Both the position numbers and the translations under genes were made by a program. 64,000 nucleotides of DNA. Origin: Lytechinus pictus (taxonomy: Eukaryota). Positions 39,103-52,200 of the stretch are shown piece after piece. Location: contig NC_087251.1 in NCBI RefSeq assembly GCF_037042905.1, positions 8,804,001 through 8,868,000 on the forward strand, given 5' to 3'. Each line of letters begins with the position of its first letter. Within the stretch, counting starts at the first letter, position 1. The notes beneath the pieces are model-generated. The model saw only the letters and a list, made by a program, of their open reading frames with translations, had not been told where the DNA came from and ran no database searches.

Positions 39103-39995
39103 TTAAACAACTAGCCCGATTAAAAATTTTGTTTATTTATATCGATCTGGAAATCCTGGAAATTTAAGGACTCTTTGTAAGAATTCATTAAGAGGAAACC
39201 ATTTCATTTGTAATCAAATAAGCCTAATGTGAGCGCAAACCGCGTGCTTATAACATGCTTAATATTCAGACCTATAAACGAAACATTTCAAGGCCTTTTT
39301 GCAATGATGAACAGGATGCGTATTTTACTAAACATAACAGTGAACATGGTGAATGGTGGTTGAAGCGAAGAGCCAGCAGAAATATCTCCGTTAGTAAATA
39401 TGCATGATAATCAAGCAATGCGAGCGAGAAGAACGTGAATTTTTATCATTCTTTTTTTCTCTCCACTCTTGCTGTATACAGGGATTTTTGATTATGTTAC
39501 TTAATTTGTAGTTTATATGTTTATCCTCCTGATGGCTATCTAATTCAAGATTTTAAAAATATTGTAGATCTGCTCTAAATGCTAAGTTTCGCTCTATAAT
39601 TTTCTTCGTGACGGTATTACAATTCCCTCGTACCCGAACATAATGATATATATTTTTAGGGGGTGGCATTGATGTTGAAATCGAAATCACTGTAATAGTC
39701 CACACACATTAAACATTATTTTGTCTTCCCTAAACGTATAAGATTGTATATTAAGTAACCCGATTGAGTATACTTTTCATCAAAAGTACTTCATAAAAAA
39801 GAGAAACTATCTTTAGTTCCCAATTTTTTTTTCATTCAAGAGCTAATACGTTTGTGCTTGCGTCTCAGCGTCTATGTTTGTACGTAACATCTCTTTACAA
39901 TGCTCTTTTATCTCTTTTATTTTCACCAAAATGATAGAAATAGATGAAAATACATATTGACACTAACGTGTGCAGTCATTTATTGTTAGAAAAAC

Positions 39996-40459
39996 AATTA
40001 ATCAATCAGTCAATCAATCCATCAATCAATCAATCAATTAGTCAATCAATTAATATATACATTAAATTTTATTGATTAATCAGTTATGCAGTCAATCAAT
40101 ATTAATTAATCAATTAATTTATCATTCAATAAAACAGGCAACCAAACAATCAGCCAGTCATTCAATAACTCAAACAATTAACCAGCAATCACTCAAACAA
40201 TCAATCATCCAGTTTATCTTTTTCATTCAGAGTTTCCATAAACATAAATAAAGTAAGCTAGCAAGTAAGTAATCAGTGGATCAACCAATCANNNNNNNNN
40301 NNNNNNNNNNNNNNNNNNNNNNNNNNNNNNNNNNNNNNNNNNNNNNNNNNNNNNNNNNNNNNNNNNNNNNNNNNNNNNNNNNNNNNNNNNNNNNNNNNNN
40401 NNNNNNNNNNNNNNNNNNNNNNNNNNNNNNNNNNNNNNNNNNNNNNNNTCAATCAATCA
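39996..40459. repeat. Degenerate (AATC)n microsatellite spanning an assembly gap
   Basis: AATC units on both sides of the N run at 40292-40448 (157 N). Confidence 0.85.
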
Positions 40460-40842
40460 TTACTCTGACTTATCAATCTATACAAACCTCAATCGTTCGA
40501 TTTAACCAAATGGCATTCAAATCAAGTGGAAGCTTCCAAAATTCATAGACCTGGATAATAATTTTTCCTTTAATATAATCTGTAATAATGTAGTTTTATT
40601 TTGGTAGCTTAACTAAATGATGATAAAAGACCCGGCAATACAATTCATGCGTGTGAGTTTTATGACCATGTGAGAGGATAATATTTTTCAAAATAAGGGC
40701 CAAAGTGACCTGAAAGAGTTTTGTTTTACTGTCTTCAAAATTTCAAATGAAACTGCAATGTGATCGTTATATAAGGACCCCAAGCATGATAGAAACTGAC
40801 AAAGTGCCACCAAATACAATGTGATTGGCTATCATGATGTTA

Positions 40843-41261
40843 AGGCCACCGCACACCTTACGACTGTTCGCGATCCGATTTTGGAACAAATCGCATTTTG
40901 CTTATTTTCTGAAAATGTGAATGGGACATATCATTTTATTTGAGGTTGAAATCAATTGAAAGAATACTAATATAACCATTTTGAAAGATTGCAAGCTTTT
41001 ATTTTTGAGTAAAGGCCAAATTAGTTTCAAATCGTAGTCAATCATACGACTGCTATGACGTCATTACGACTAGATATTGAATTCGCTTTTATTCTAAGGA
41101 GCCGGATGATAGCATAGTCACAGATTTGAACATAGGTATTCGTACGATGATTTAGAACATTACACAGTAAGATATTCCAAGTCTCAATATATAGCATCAA
41201 ATTCTACTACATTTTATTCTGAAATCGAGTCGCCGACCAGTCGTACGGTGTGCGGTTGCCT
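40843..41261. mobile_element. PIF/Harbinger-type MITE (TSD TTA)
   Basis: TIR AGGCCACCGCACACCTTACGACTG / CAGTCGTACGGTGTGCGGTTGCCT; TTA at 40840-40842 and 41262-41264. Confidence 0.88.
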
Positions 41262-42235
41262 TTAGACATACAGTGTGAATTTTAACAATTTTTGTGTTAT
41301 AAAGGTAAATATCTTCAGACAATACTGTTGGATATAGGGTTATCTAATCACTTTTGACATATAAAACAAAATAATTAATAATCCACTTCTGGTTACACTC
41401 GTGTTACAGAGAACATGATGGAAATATGTATATATATTTTTGTTGCATAATTTAAAGCACTACATACACTTACAAGGTAATAGTTTAAGTCCACGAAAGA
41501 CCGAAACAAATTGATCGTAAATAGACAATAATTGATTTTAATGAATATATACACTTGCATATCTTTAGAATCTTCTTTATTTTTCCGAATAGCTAGCCTC
41601 ATATAGCACAAGAATTTAGCCAAATTTAACAAAGTGTTACTTTTGGAATAAGCTACCTTACACTTTTCAATTCGATTCAACCGATCGGGAGAGGTATAGG
41701 TTTAATCTCCTCCACTTGGGCTCCCTGGAAGAAAAAGAGTGAGTGATGGATCTATGGGGGTACTGGTGGTTTAGGACGCAGTCGCATCCCAGGTAAAAGA
41801 GATGAACCCGAAATGGCATTTGGGAGTGATGTTTTTTTTTTTTTTTTTGGGGGGGGGGGGTTGTCTTTTTTTCTGGAGACCAAACGCCCTTCATTTTAGG
41901 TGATGACTGTTGGGTGTGGGGAGGGGGGGGGGGGCTTGTCAAATATTCAGAAAATTCCTGACTCTGCGCATGTCAAACCAAATGGTGTCAAACCCCCTCT
42001 TATAGCAGAAAGGTAAATCTGCTACTAGTAGTGTATACTGATATCGAAAATAGTATCGTTCGTACTGAGGTAAGAGAACAACAACTTGCTGTAAATACAT
42101 GTACTTCGTTAGATTACAATGGGAAGGTAAAACCTAGGAGTTGCCAATAAAAAACAGACGTGTGATATACAGCTCCTAAGATTCGACTATAATAATGCGA
42201 ATGATGTATAATGATGTAGGCAATCAAATGTTATC

Positions 42236-45200
42236 TTATGGAGTAAAGCCGCCGATGACTCGATAGTGTGGATCACGCATCATGCCAATTAAAGCTTGCA
42301 GAACCTGGGCGACATTCTCGGCTGATGAGATACAAGAAATGGAAACAAACGGAGATGAAAAAGTTAGTTAAGAGAAAGGACATATTGAAAATTTGTATTA
42401 AAAACAGTGCTATTATGCTTGTCTGCAGGGGCGGATCAAGGATTTTCCAGGGGGGTGCATTTTTGTCCAGAAATATTTGACAAAAAAAACCCAACAAAAC
42501 AAAACAACAACAAAACGGCATTCACTTGCATATGAACGACATTCTCCGCTAAAACAATATTTTCCCGGGGAATATTTTACGGCTCGATTATAATGACAGT
42601 TCTGTTATAATTTTATGCCTGTTTGATTTTTCTTCGAATCAACATTTCGTTGGGGTGACTTGCCCTTAAAAAACACATCTATTTTGATGAAATTCAATGA
42701 TATAAAACACCTGATCTGTTATTACCTCTGTATTGGCACGCAACTCCTATGAATCCAATGTTACACTGACAGAAAGCTCCAATGCCATCCACAGAACAAT
42801 GACCTTGTCTGTTACTACATGTATTGGTTCCAGCATAGAGCTCATCACATAGGAATGCTACACGATCTCCTTCATCTCCACCAATAGCACCTCCATCTGG
42901 GAGAAAACAAATGTTAAAAATATTGCAAACAAAATATACGCAAAAACCACATAAAATGACCGGGGTACAGGGATGGGGGGGGGGGGGTGGTCAATGGAGG
43001 TAAACAATATCCAGTATCAGGGGCGGATCCAGCATTTTTCAAAGGGGGCCGGGGGCACATTTTCCCGAGGAAAATTGGACATGCAAAAAAAATGGTCCTC
43101 ATTTATGTACGAACGACATATTCCGATTAAAAATACATGCTGTGACTTTCAAATGCGGGACCTATTGTGTAAGTACGCCATATTTACATTAAAAAAATGA
43201 TAAAGGCTCTCAAAAGGGGGGCACGGGCCGAATTTGCCTCCCCCTCAATCCGCCACTGTCCAGTGTGGTCTAAACATATGCGAGAAGGTAAAAAATAATA
43301 TAAACTAAAATCATACAGGCCAATAGGATTAAAAAAAAAAAAAAATAACTCACCACAAAACAAATAAACCTTGCAGTCCTCGTTTCATAAAATCTCAGTG
43401 CAAATGTGTGAAATGTTGGTACATACATTTTTTAGTTGAAAAGGGCACGATCATAACCATTTCAAATTTTTACTAGTTTGTTAAATGCATCAAATCCAAA
43501 TCCACCCGGCTCAATAACTTATGAACAGTACTAAAAACGGATGAGAGAAAAAGATATCGTGGGAAAAGTTGTAATTTATTTTCTCGATCTATATGTATGA
43601 TCAATAAATAAAAAATAATAGCTAAATGGCAAAATGATTAAATGAATAGATATCATATATTAACGATTGGATAAATAAATAAAAAACATAAATAACAAAT
43701 GCTGAATACATTAATAAAGAAAAATTCAATGTATTCACAAACAAGTAAATACAAACAGAATAATAAGAATATTTGCTCGCAAGACTGGGAGAAAATACAT
43801 TTGCTGAATTTTAAGAGTACTATTGATAGCCGCCTCAGATAATTTATTTCAAGATCTTCCATAAGACAATAGCCCTTAATGCATTTTTATTTAAAATCAA
43901 GAGAAAATATTCCCCAAACTGTTCATTCTGTAAAAGAGACCCTGAAACAATTGTACATATTTTTTTGATTGTCCGGTTGTTAACATTGTGTGGGACGATC
44001 TTTTATCTATAATAAACCAAAAACAACGAATATAATCATTTCCTCTTTTGTAAAGATATTTGGTATTCAAGGTGATAATTTTTTAACATTCATTTTCCTT
44101 GCTTTCAAATACTATGTTCACTTTTGAAAATTTAATTAAAAAACCCCCGATATTGTGAAATTCAAAGCTCGTATCAAAGGCATTAAGGATATTGAATATT
44201 TTTGGGCGTTTACCTGTACATAAAAAAAACACGGAGATTTTGATATTTAATTTGTCTTATGTATCTGTCTCTACAAACTTATACATACTTAAGTGCTGCT
44301 CTGTTTAATCATGTAAATAGCTTGTTGATTTGTTTGATTTATATTGTAATTTATACTTTGATCAATAAAGATTGAAAGAACTCTCTATTCATAAAACTCC
44401 TACCTTGTGTAGAGTTAGGACGTTCTGTTCTCATCACCTCGTCATCGTCACCATCATCGTCGCCGTCGTTGTCTTGGTCTACAGTCGTTTCTTCGTTCAT
44501 TGCTTGGGTTGTGACCTCTGGTCGTCTGGTTTCTTCTGTCACTTGTGCAACATCGTCATCATCTTCACTATCACCGTCGTCGTTATTGCCGTCGTCATCG
44601 ACCAGGGGGCTCCTCTCTCCTATGAAATACACGGGTGTATATAGTACAGTCAAACTTATTTTTTACAAGCCCCAATGGTGTCGGGAAAAAAATATTGACA
44701 TAAGTGATTTGGCAGGACTTCGCGGTTATTTATTTTTCTTTGTTCCCTTTTTATTCATTTATTTTACAGTTCGATATAAGGGCTGAAAAAAACATTTACC
44801 AGAAATGTTTGATATTTTTGAAATTCGCATTTTGAAGAAATTCCTGAGCGACTTCTGTAATAAAATAGTCTGGAATTGTACAATCAGAAGAATTAAGAAA
44901 GAGATTAACTGTCCTTGAGAAATGACATGCTGTCTCAGTAATTAATCTTTTCATTTCATCATGAAGTTTACACACGGAGAGTAATCAGATCAAGGTATAC
45001 AAAATGATGATAAAGAACAAGATTGACCATGAAATGAAGAAAGAGAGAGAGAAAATAAAAAAAAATACAGGAGTGAGGATGAGAGGAGGGAGGGTGGAGT
45101 GTTTGGCATGGGTGACAAAGGGATGGAGCAGGCCTGGCATGGAGTCAGGTGGGGGTGGTGGTGGTGGGAGGGGGATGGAAGAATGGGGGTGCATGGGAGG

Positions 45201-48200
45201 GTGTAGATTTACCTTGTGGTGTATTGATGGCATCCTGACAGAGATAACCACCCCATCCTTCGTAACACATACAATGAGGTCCGATGTTGTCTACGCGACA
45301 GTAACCATGGTTACTGCAATTATTCGTGCGAATCATCATGACTCCACATGTTTCACGCTTCGTACGTTTACCTGTTGAAATAATGATTACATGGATATAA
45401 ACAGTAATTATTTTTTACTATAATCTCGTATGTCACAAAAAGTAAGAAAATAAGACCCTTTTTACGAGCATAATAGTCGAAACGTGTTACAGCATGCGGT
45501 GGATAATAATTTGAAGAATGTAAGCATATTATAATAATAATATGCATTTATATAGCGCAAAACTATTTCTATATATTCTATTGCGCTGCAAGAGCTTCCT
45601 AGGTGCTGTACGTACTATTGGAATAGATAGGTTTTTAATTTTAACTTGAAATTATGTAAACTTGTTGAATTCCTTATGTCGAGTGGAAGTTTGTTCTACA
45701 GTCGTGGGGCTGACATCAGAAATGACATATCTCCTAGTGTTGCTTTAGTCTTGTGTGGGGGTACTTGCAATGTGAGTGTATGTGAGCTACGAAGGTAATG
45801 GTCATGAGATCGGGATTTCAATTTCAAGAGATCCGAGATATAACTTGGGGCCTAATCTTAAATGTGATTCTTTGCCGGCAGCGGTGTAACAGGGGTCGGT
45901 GGCCAGGGGGGGGGGGGGGACAAGAGCCAAACATTTCCCGGTGATATCATGGTATGAACAGGCGTAGTGGTGTAATGAGGCGACTATTTTAAGGCCAGAT
46001 ATTGCGTATCGGGCAGAATTTATCTTTAAAAAAAGTTGCGAGCGAGTGAGCAAAAATGTTGACCTTTTTTATACAAAAATCCAATTTTGTGATAGATATT
46101 GACATGATATCCAGAGAATAATATATTTCACTCTTCTCTCTATAGATTACTTTTTTTGTGGTCTGTACGCCACTGTGAACAGGATTCTTTGCGGCATTAG
46201 CGTGAAGAGTAAAAAAAAAAAAAGAGGGGCGCAGTATAGCACATGTGCTAAAAAGCGAGCGAAGCGAGCGAGAAAAAAATCACCTTTTCATGAGAATCTA
46301 ACTTTGAGCTATTTTTTGACATTATATTCAGTAAATAAAATCATATCCTACACTTTTCCTTTGCTTTTCTTTTTTGTTCTTGTCTGTAAAAGTTTTGGGG
46401 TCATGGCCCAACCCTTCCATACGCAGTGCTGTACGGTTGGGGTCCGGGGCGGAGCCCCCGGAACTTCTTGATATCAAAGCCATTTAAACCTCTCAGACTG
46501 CCGCTATTTTAATCAAATCGCGGGCATATATAGAATATAGCTTTTACACAACACATTTATTCAACCCAGTTGCGTAATGAACCAAATATTTTGAGGGGGC
46601 AAAACATAGCAATGATGGAAAAATTTGTAAATAGTCGCCAGCGTGCAAAGCGAGCTGGAAAAAAAATAGCCTAATGAAATCAAATTCTAATTATGTGATA
46701 GATTTTCCCATTATATTCAGCAAATAACACATTTCATTGTTTCCATTCATTTCATTATACGTTGTCTCCTATAATTTCTTTTATTTATTCTTGGATGTGG
46801 AACCAAGATCCCCCCGCCCCTGTATGCCAATGATTGAACGTGATTGAGCGGGGGGGGGGGGGGGCGTTATAGAGCCATTTGAAGGTTATAAATGAAGAGC
46901 CCCTACTGCGTGGGGTCTGGGACAAAGGTAGCTTATTTCATAAAATTTAGCAAGCTTATAGCAGAATGTTGTATGCAGTCCATCTTTCTTCCCGCTCTTT
47001 AATTTCAATCATCGGCAGCCCGGTTGTGTTATTTTTTTTTTCTTGTCCCTTTTCTTTGTTTTCCACTTAAGCTTTTGACTAATTCCATTCTACCTTCGAT
47101 TCCCGCTATTGTTTGTCAATTTGTCATCTTTTGATTTATTTCCCATTATGCTATGGCATACATATAGGCCTATTTCAGAATTTGTTCTTTCTCAAATGTT
47201 CTTCTTTCTTACATTTTCCCGCTTTCTTTCCTTTTCCATTAAAAAAAGTTTTCTTCGTTTTCTTTTCGCTTTTCCCTTTCCTCGTCCTCCTTTCCTTTTC
47301 CCATTTTCTTCCCCTTTCCCTTTTCTTCCCCTTTCCCTTTCCCTTTTCTTCTCCCTCCTTTTTTTTTTCTTTTTCCCGTTTTTCTTTTATTTTCCCGGTG
47401 AAATCCGCCAGGGGGGGGGCAGCTTGCCCCCCCCTGCCCCCGCCTGTTACGCCACTGTTTGCCAGACAGGTTACCAGTGTAATTCTCTCAATAGTGGGGT
47501 GACAGGAGAGAATTTGGGAAGACGACATATTAAACGTGCACATGCATGTGTTTTGCACTCTCTGCAGTTTGCTTATCATTCGAATAATCTACATACTAAA
47601 ATCATTTTCAAAAGGTAAAATATGACATGCGGCATCATCGGAAATCAGTTTGACCCTATCTAGCCCCCCCCCCCTTGAGATTTTGGCTGTCGACTGCACG
47701 ATCGCGCCTAAAATTGGCACGCAAGATGTCTGGGACAAAATTTACAGAAATTTATTTCATGAAATCTAAGCATTTTTGTAACCATGAACAGGATGAGAAC
47801 AATAATTGATGCGAGCGCGAAATAAGCGCGAGCCAAATTTTTTGTGATTTTCTTACTTAAAACATGTATCATGCTTTACTTCAAATAGGGTATGGTATTT
47901 CATTTTGAAAAAGGCATTTTTTCCTACGGGAATTTAATACTTATGTTTTTTTTTTTGTTTTTTTTTGGGGGGGGGGGGGGGGGGTAGTGTCCCTGCTCAC
48001 CCCGGTTCCGCCGCCCCTGTTGTGGTATTCTTAGCAAATGTACGTGAAAAAAATGCGATATCAGATATCATTCTCCTATGTATTAATTCTTTTTTTGGCA
48101 ATTTCTTATGTGCAATTTTGGGTCTGAAAAGCACTTACAAAATGTTGCGTAATTTCGGAACCGTGTACCCGGGCGTCGAAAATGTGGCCTCAAATTTGCC

Positions 48201-48865
48201 CCCCCCCCCCAAAAAAAAAAAAAAAAAAAAAAAAAATCGCGTGGCAAAGATATTGCCCGAAATGTTTTTATACCTTCGAGACCCCCTGCCTAGATAGGGG
48301 GATAATGAAGAGATAATCGGTACATTTTCACTCCTGTGAAATAAATAAAATGATGCGAGAGAAAGTGCGAGGGGTGGAACATAAATCGCAATAATGGAAT
48401 CGATGTGCGTGCATGGGGGAGGGGGGTGGGGGTAAAATAAGTTAGTGTTATTTCGCAATATAACGAATCTGATTATTTATATTCCACCCCTTGCAATTTC
48501 TCTTGCATTTTTTTAACAAGTAATATTGTACCGATTATCACAGTTATAAAGTGCAGCATTCCCAGCAATACGAATTTATTTCGATTCTGTTCGAGGGTTA
48601 AAAATAATGATAATAATAATAATAATAATGATAATAATAATGATGATGATGATAATAATGGTAGTAATATGGTAATAATAATAGGTGATATTTATAATGC
48701 TCCATATCCACTCTGCGGAATGCAAATAAAAGAAAGTATATATAATATTATAAATCAAAGTAGGACTTCTTGACAATAAAAATGAAACTTACCTATTGAT
48801 GCTCCATGCACAGAAAACGAAGCAATCGTATAAAACGCCAAAAGGACACAACCAAATCGCACCAT
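42236..48865 (-). CDS. Secreted protein with two EGF-like domains and an acidic/Thr-rich linker, 5 exons, 234 aa
   Basis: Exons 48793-48865 (MVRFGCVLLAFYTIASFSVHGASI, signal peptide), 45213-45371 (GKRTKRETCGVMMIRTNNCSNHGYCRVDNIGPHCMCYEGWGGYLCQDAINTPQ), 44404-44619 (Asp/Glu/Thr-rich), 42726-42896 (..CDELYAGTNTCSNRQGHCSVDGIGAFCQCNIGFIGVACQYR), 42236-42321 (AENVAQVLQALIGMMRDPHYRVIGGFTP-stop). All introns GT-AG and phase 1; 705 nt in frame. The last exon is the least certain. Confidence 0.82.
43018..43258. mobile_element. hAT-type MITE (8-bp TSD TCCAGTRT)
   Basis: CAGGGGCGGAT..ATCCGCCACTG; TCCAGTAT / TCCAGTGT flanks; a related partial copy begins at about 42426. Confidence 0.78.
45525..45800 (-). 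mobile_element. L2-type LINE 3' end
   Basis: Minus strand YLRSSHTLTLQVPPHKTKATLGDMSFLMSAPRL*NKLPLDIRNSTSLHNFKLKLKTYLF, then a GCGCTATATAAATGCATATTATTATT tail. Confidence 0.78.
45879..47457. mobile_element. Composite hAT-type non-autonomous element (8-bp TSD TTTGCCRG)
   Basis: CAGCGGTGTAACAGG / CCTGTTACGCCACTG; flanks TTTGCCGG and TTTGCCAG; contains further TIR-like ends and a pyrimidine tract (source of spurious ORFs 47109-47618). Confidence 0.7.
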
Positions 48866-49086
48866 CTTTGTTTCTATCTTAACTTCAAGGAGGATTTAAA
48901 CAGTAAGTGTTTTCAGGAGGAGAGTTTGGAGAGAGACTGGCTCGATGATCTGATATGGCTTCTCCAGATTTCTTATTAGGATTCAGATGTAAACAAAAGA
49001 GGTTGGGGAGTCGGGTGCGGGGGCGGGGGGGGGGGGGATGGAGAGATCTTACGGGATGAGTTGGCTTCTTTTACCAACACAAGCAG

Positions 49087-49214
49087 GGCCCCGTTTCATA
49101 AAACTCGTTATAATAACAATTGACAATAATAGTTTAAAGCTACTAAAATCATTAATTTTGTTTGGCTGATAGAAGATTTGTCATAGAAATTGATATTATT
49201 TGTTATTATAACAA
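49087..49214. mobile_element. Small degenerate MITE upstream of the EGF gene
   Basis: CCGTTTCATAAAACTCGTTATAATAACAA / TTGTTATTATAACAAGTCTGTATAAAACGG inverted pair. Confidence 0.6.
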
Positions 49215-52200
49215 GTCTGTATAAAACGGAACCCATGCAGGGTGAATGTCCAATTGATATATATTTTATGTTGTTTTTTATTATTGGTTATCATTACTAT
49301 CCAAACCAGCAACCCCTAGAAATCGTTCCCAGGTCCCTGCATGTAGTAGTAGTAGTAGTTGCTGTTGTTGTACAGAGATTTCCTTGCTCATTAATCATGT
49401 GTTTTTACAAGTAATTAATTTCTTTCCGAAAAAAGCCATACAAAATGATATATTTCAATTTTATTCCTGTCACACAAAAGAATATTTATACTGGAAACAA
49501 AAGGAATTGAACCCGAATTCATCATCAAATTATGACCTTAAATTCACCACAAAGTGTTCACTCAGGAAATATCAAAAGAAAAAAAAAACATAAGAAAATA
49601 AAATATTATCACCCTCCAAAAAGGTCTGAATATGATCCCCCCCTCTCTCTCTTTCGTGTTCTAGAATTATCTTTAGCACTGAAATAGTTTAGGCAACTGG
49701 GTGCGGGTTACCGTTATGTAACATTTGTAGACGCCAAACTCGAAACAAATCGTGCAAGAGACGTCAAACATTGATTCAGCAAATAATGCCAGCTTTTCCA
49801 CTTGAGATAAGAAACGTTTTAGGAGAAATTACAAACAAGAAAGTTAAATATCACTACCTAACAAACACAGACGATCCTTTTTAACACAAGACAAATGGGA
49901 GTTATCGCAATAATATTTCATTTTCAGTGATTAATTGCTTTATTCTCGCTCAGATAAATTATCAACAATGTTCTTTGTTTTGGTACACCGAACACCATAA
50001 CACTCCTTGCGTGATAATAGACTTTTGTTTATTGTTGGGCCAATAAGGGGAATGATTGTTTTCTTGGTAGGTTATGCTGTGTGATGTTCCATTGTAAACA
50101 ATATTTAAAGACTATTCCACTGTTCTCCAGTCAAAATATTACCTGTACCCAAGACCTGGTCCTGAAGAAATTATCATAAAAATTATTTATGGACATAGCA
50201 AAGACAATGAATTCTTGTTCACTCATGATATAAATGATTCATGGGGCTCCAAAAATCACGGAAGTCCCAAATGTGAACTCTGATTGGTTGAAAAACAAGT
50301 TGCATTAGATTGTTTGTCTTGTGTTTAATTGCAATTTCTTCTTCAACTTGCCCTTTAATTTAATTTAAAGGGTAAAAGTCTAGACACTAAGATAAAAGAC
50401 TGAAAACAAAGACATCTTGCATGTTTCATATTTTCATGTTGCTGCATGGCTACTTTTCATTACCTATCACTTCCAAATTGCTTCACTAAACTGAAAAGTT
50501 TGAATGTTTTATTGCAATTAATTAAAGTCAATTCAATTCAAAGTTATTCAACATACGTCATAAAAACACATTACAAAATTTATATAAGTATTACAAAAAG
50601 TGAGATAAATATGATAACTATAATAACAAAACAAAATGTATAAACATAATGAGAGTGTAAGGGGTAGCAGAAAGGAAGAGATTCCTTTTATAATCGTTAC
50701 CCCAACAAAATCCAAAAATTACAAGTGATATAATTATACACATAAAAAGCAAAGAGAATATTATACATATATGACAACAACAAAAAGTTATTATAAACAT
50801 AAGCAGAAGATCACAATGCCTAGATTATTTAAAATTTCAATTATTACTCAGTAATACATGATAGAAGGATCAAACAGAACATGGAAATGATCCAGAGCTT
50901 ATTTTTTAATATACTTTTAGACTTTTAAAAATAACAATTTAAAATATGACTACATTATTAGTAATAATTCTAACTGGATGGGAGGGTGTCATAATGAGGA
51001 AGATGGAGAATGTGGCATATAATTAGTGCTCAAAAGTTAGTTAACGCCACCAGAAAATGAACATATTTGTTCAAGTTCTGGCCTCTGTCATGTTTTAGAT
51101 ATTTAATTGTGAAGTCAGGTGATAAAATATTACATTCAATAAGGTTTCTATAGGCTCGCCGAACATTTTAGTTTTGTTGACTATACATTCAACACTCAGC
51201 ACGAAGGTGTGTATTTTGTGGTAAGGTTCACTAACTTTTGACAACAGCGGTACATATAAGTTGTGCGGGCTTATTATCAAAATGTGCCAGAAAACTACAT
51301 CAATTCAAAAATCTGTTTTTCGCCATGGACATCAGCCCTGCTGAAGATGCATTCGTCATATCGTTTACAAATTTGTCTTAAAAATTATTGTTGAACGAAT
51401 TTGGAAGAATTCTTCGGGAGTTCACTTGGATAAATTCACTTTCCAAGTAGCAGAATTATAACAAAGAGACTTATGAAGGATTGGAATTCACTGATACTAA
51501 ACGCAAATCAACTGAGTTGGTTTCTTAGCATACATCTTTGAATAACATTGTGATCTGTGACGCCCATCAATGCACACGTCACAAAACTTTTGTTACAAGT
51601 ATCGAGGGTCAGTTATATTCACGACTGCAAACTAGGGTGCCGAGTATTTTTACAGATTGAACTCTCCTTCAAGCTTTAAGAAGTAAAAATAGGGAGATAG
51701 CAACATCCCGTACCATGACGTGCAAGGTGAAACTGTCCGCTGACAGAAGAGATCTGATTCGAAAATAATGCGCCGATACTCACAAAAAAATAAGTTGTTT
51801 TTGCTTAATATAATTACATCTCACCACATTTTCCTCATTAAATGCCGACATATATTCCAAAATCTAATCAGATGAAATCATTTAGATTAACCTCGAACAC
51901 AACAGGAGATTAAGAAAAAAAAATGGGGAGAACGGGGAGGAGGAAAGATATAAACATTTGATATTAATGATAATCGTTATTCTGTAGTAAAAATATCACA
52001 TACATTCCTAAATGTTATGTTCACATTTTGTTTTTAAGTTTAAGTAGCGGCCATTATCAATATGATATGTATCATGATCAGATCACTTCTAGTTTTACCA
52101 TTGGACATTAACGATGAAGAAATTAAAGACCGGGTCTGGATATCAAGGGTCCCTACTCTCAAGTGACCTTGAGTCGGGCTTCCGTTGCTAAAGGACTCTT

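Noticed and set aside
40276-40548. ORF spanning Ns
   Set aside because: Artefact of the assembly gap within a microsatellite.
47109-47618. Long Phe-rich and Lys-rich ORFs
   Set aside because: Low-complexity pyrimidine tract inside a non-autonomous transposon.
51080-51800. More GC-balanced intergenic segment, possibly a repeat or an exon
   Set aside because: I could not find TIRs, a TSD, splice-consistent coding or a recognisable motif; left unannotated.
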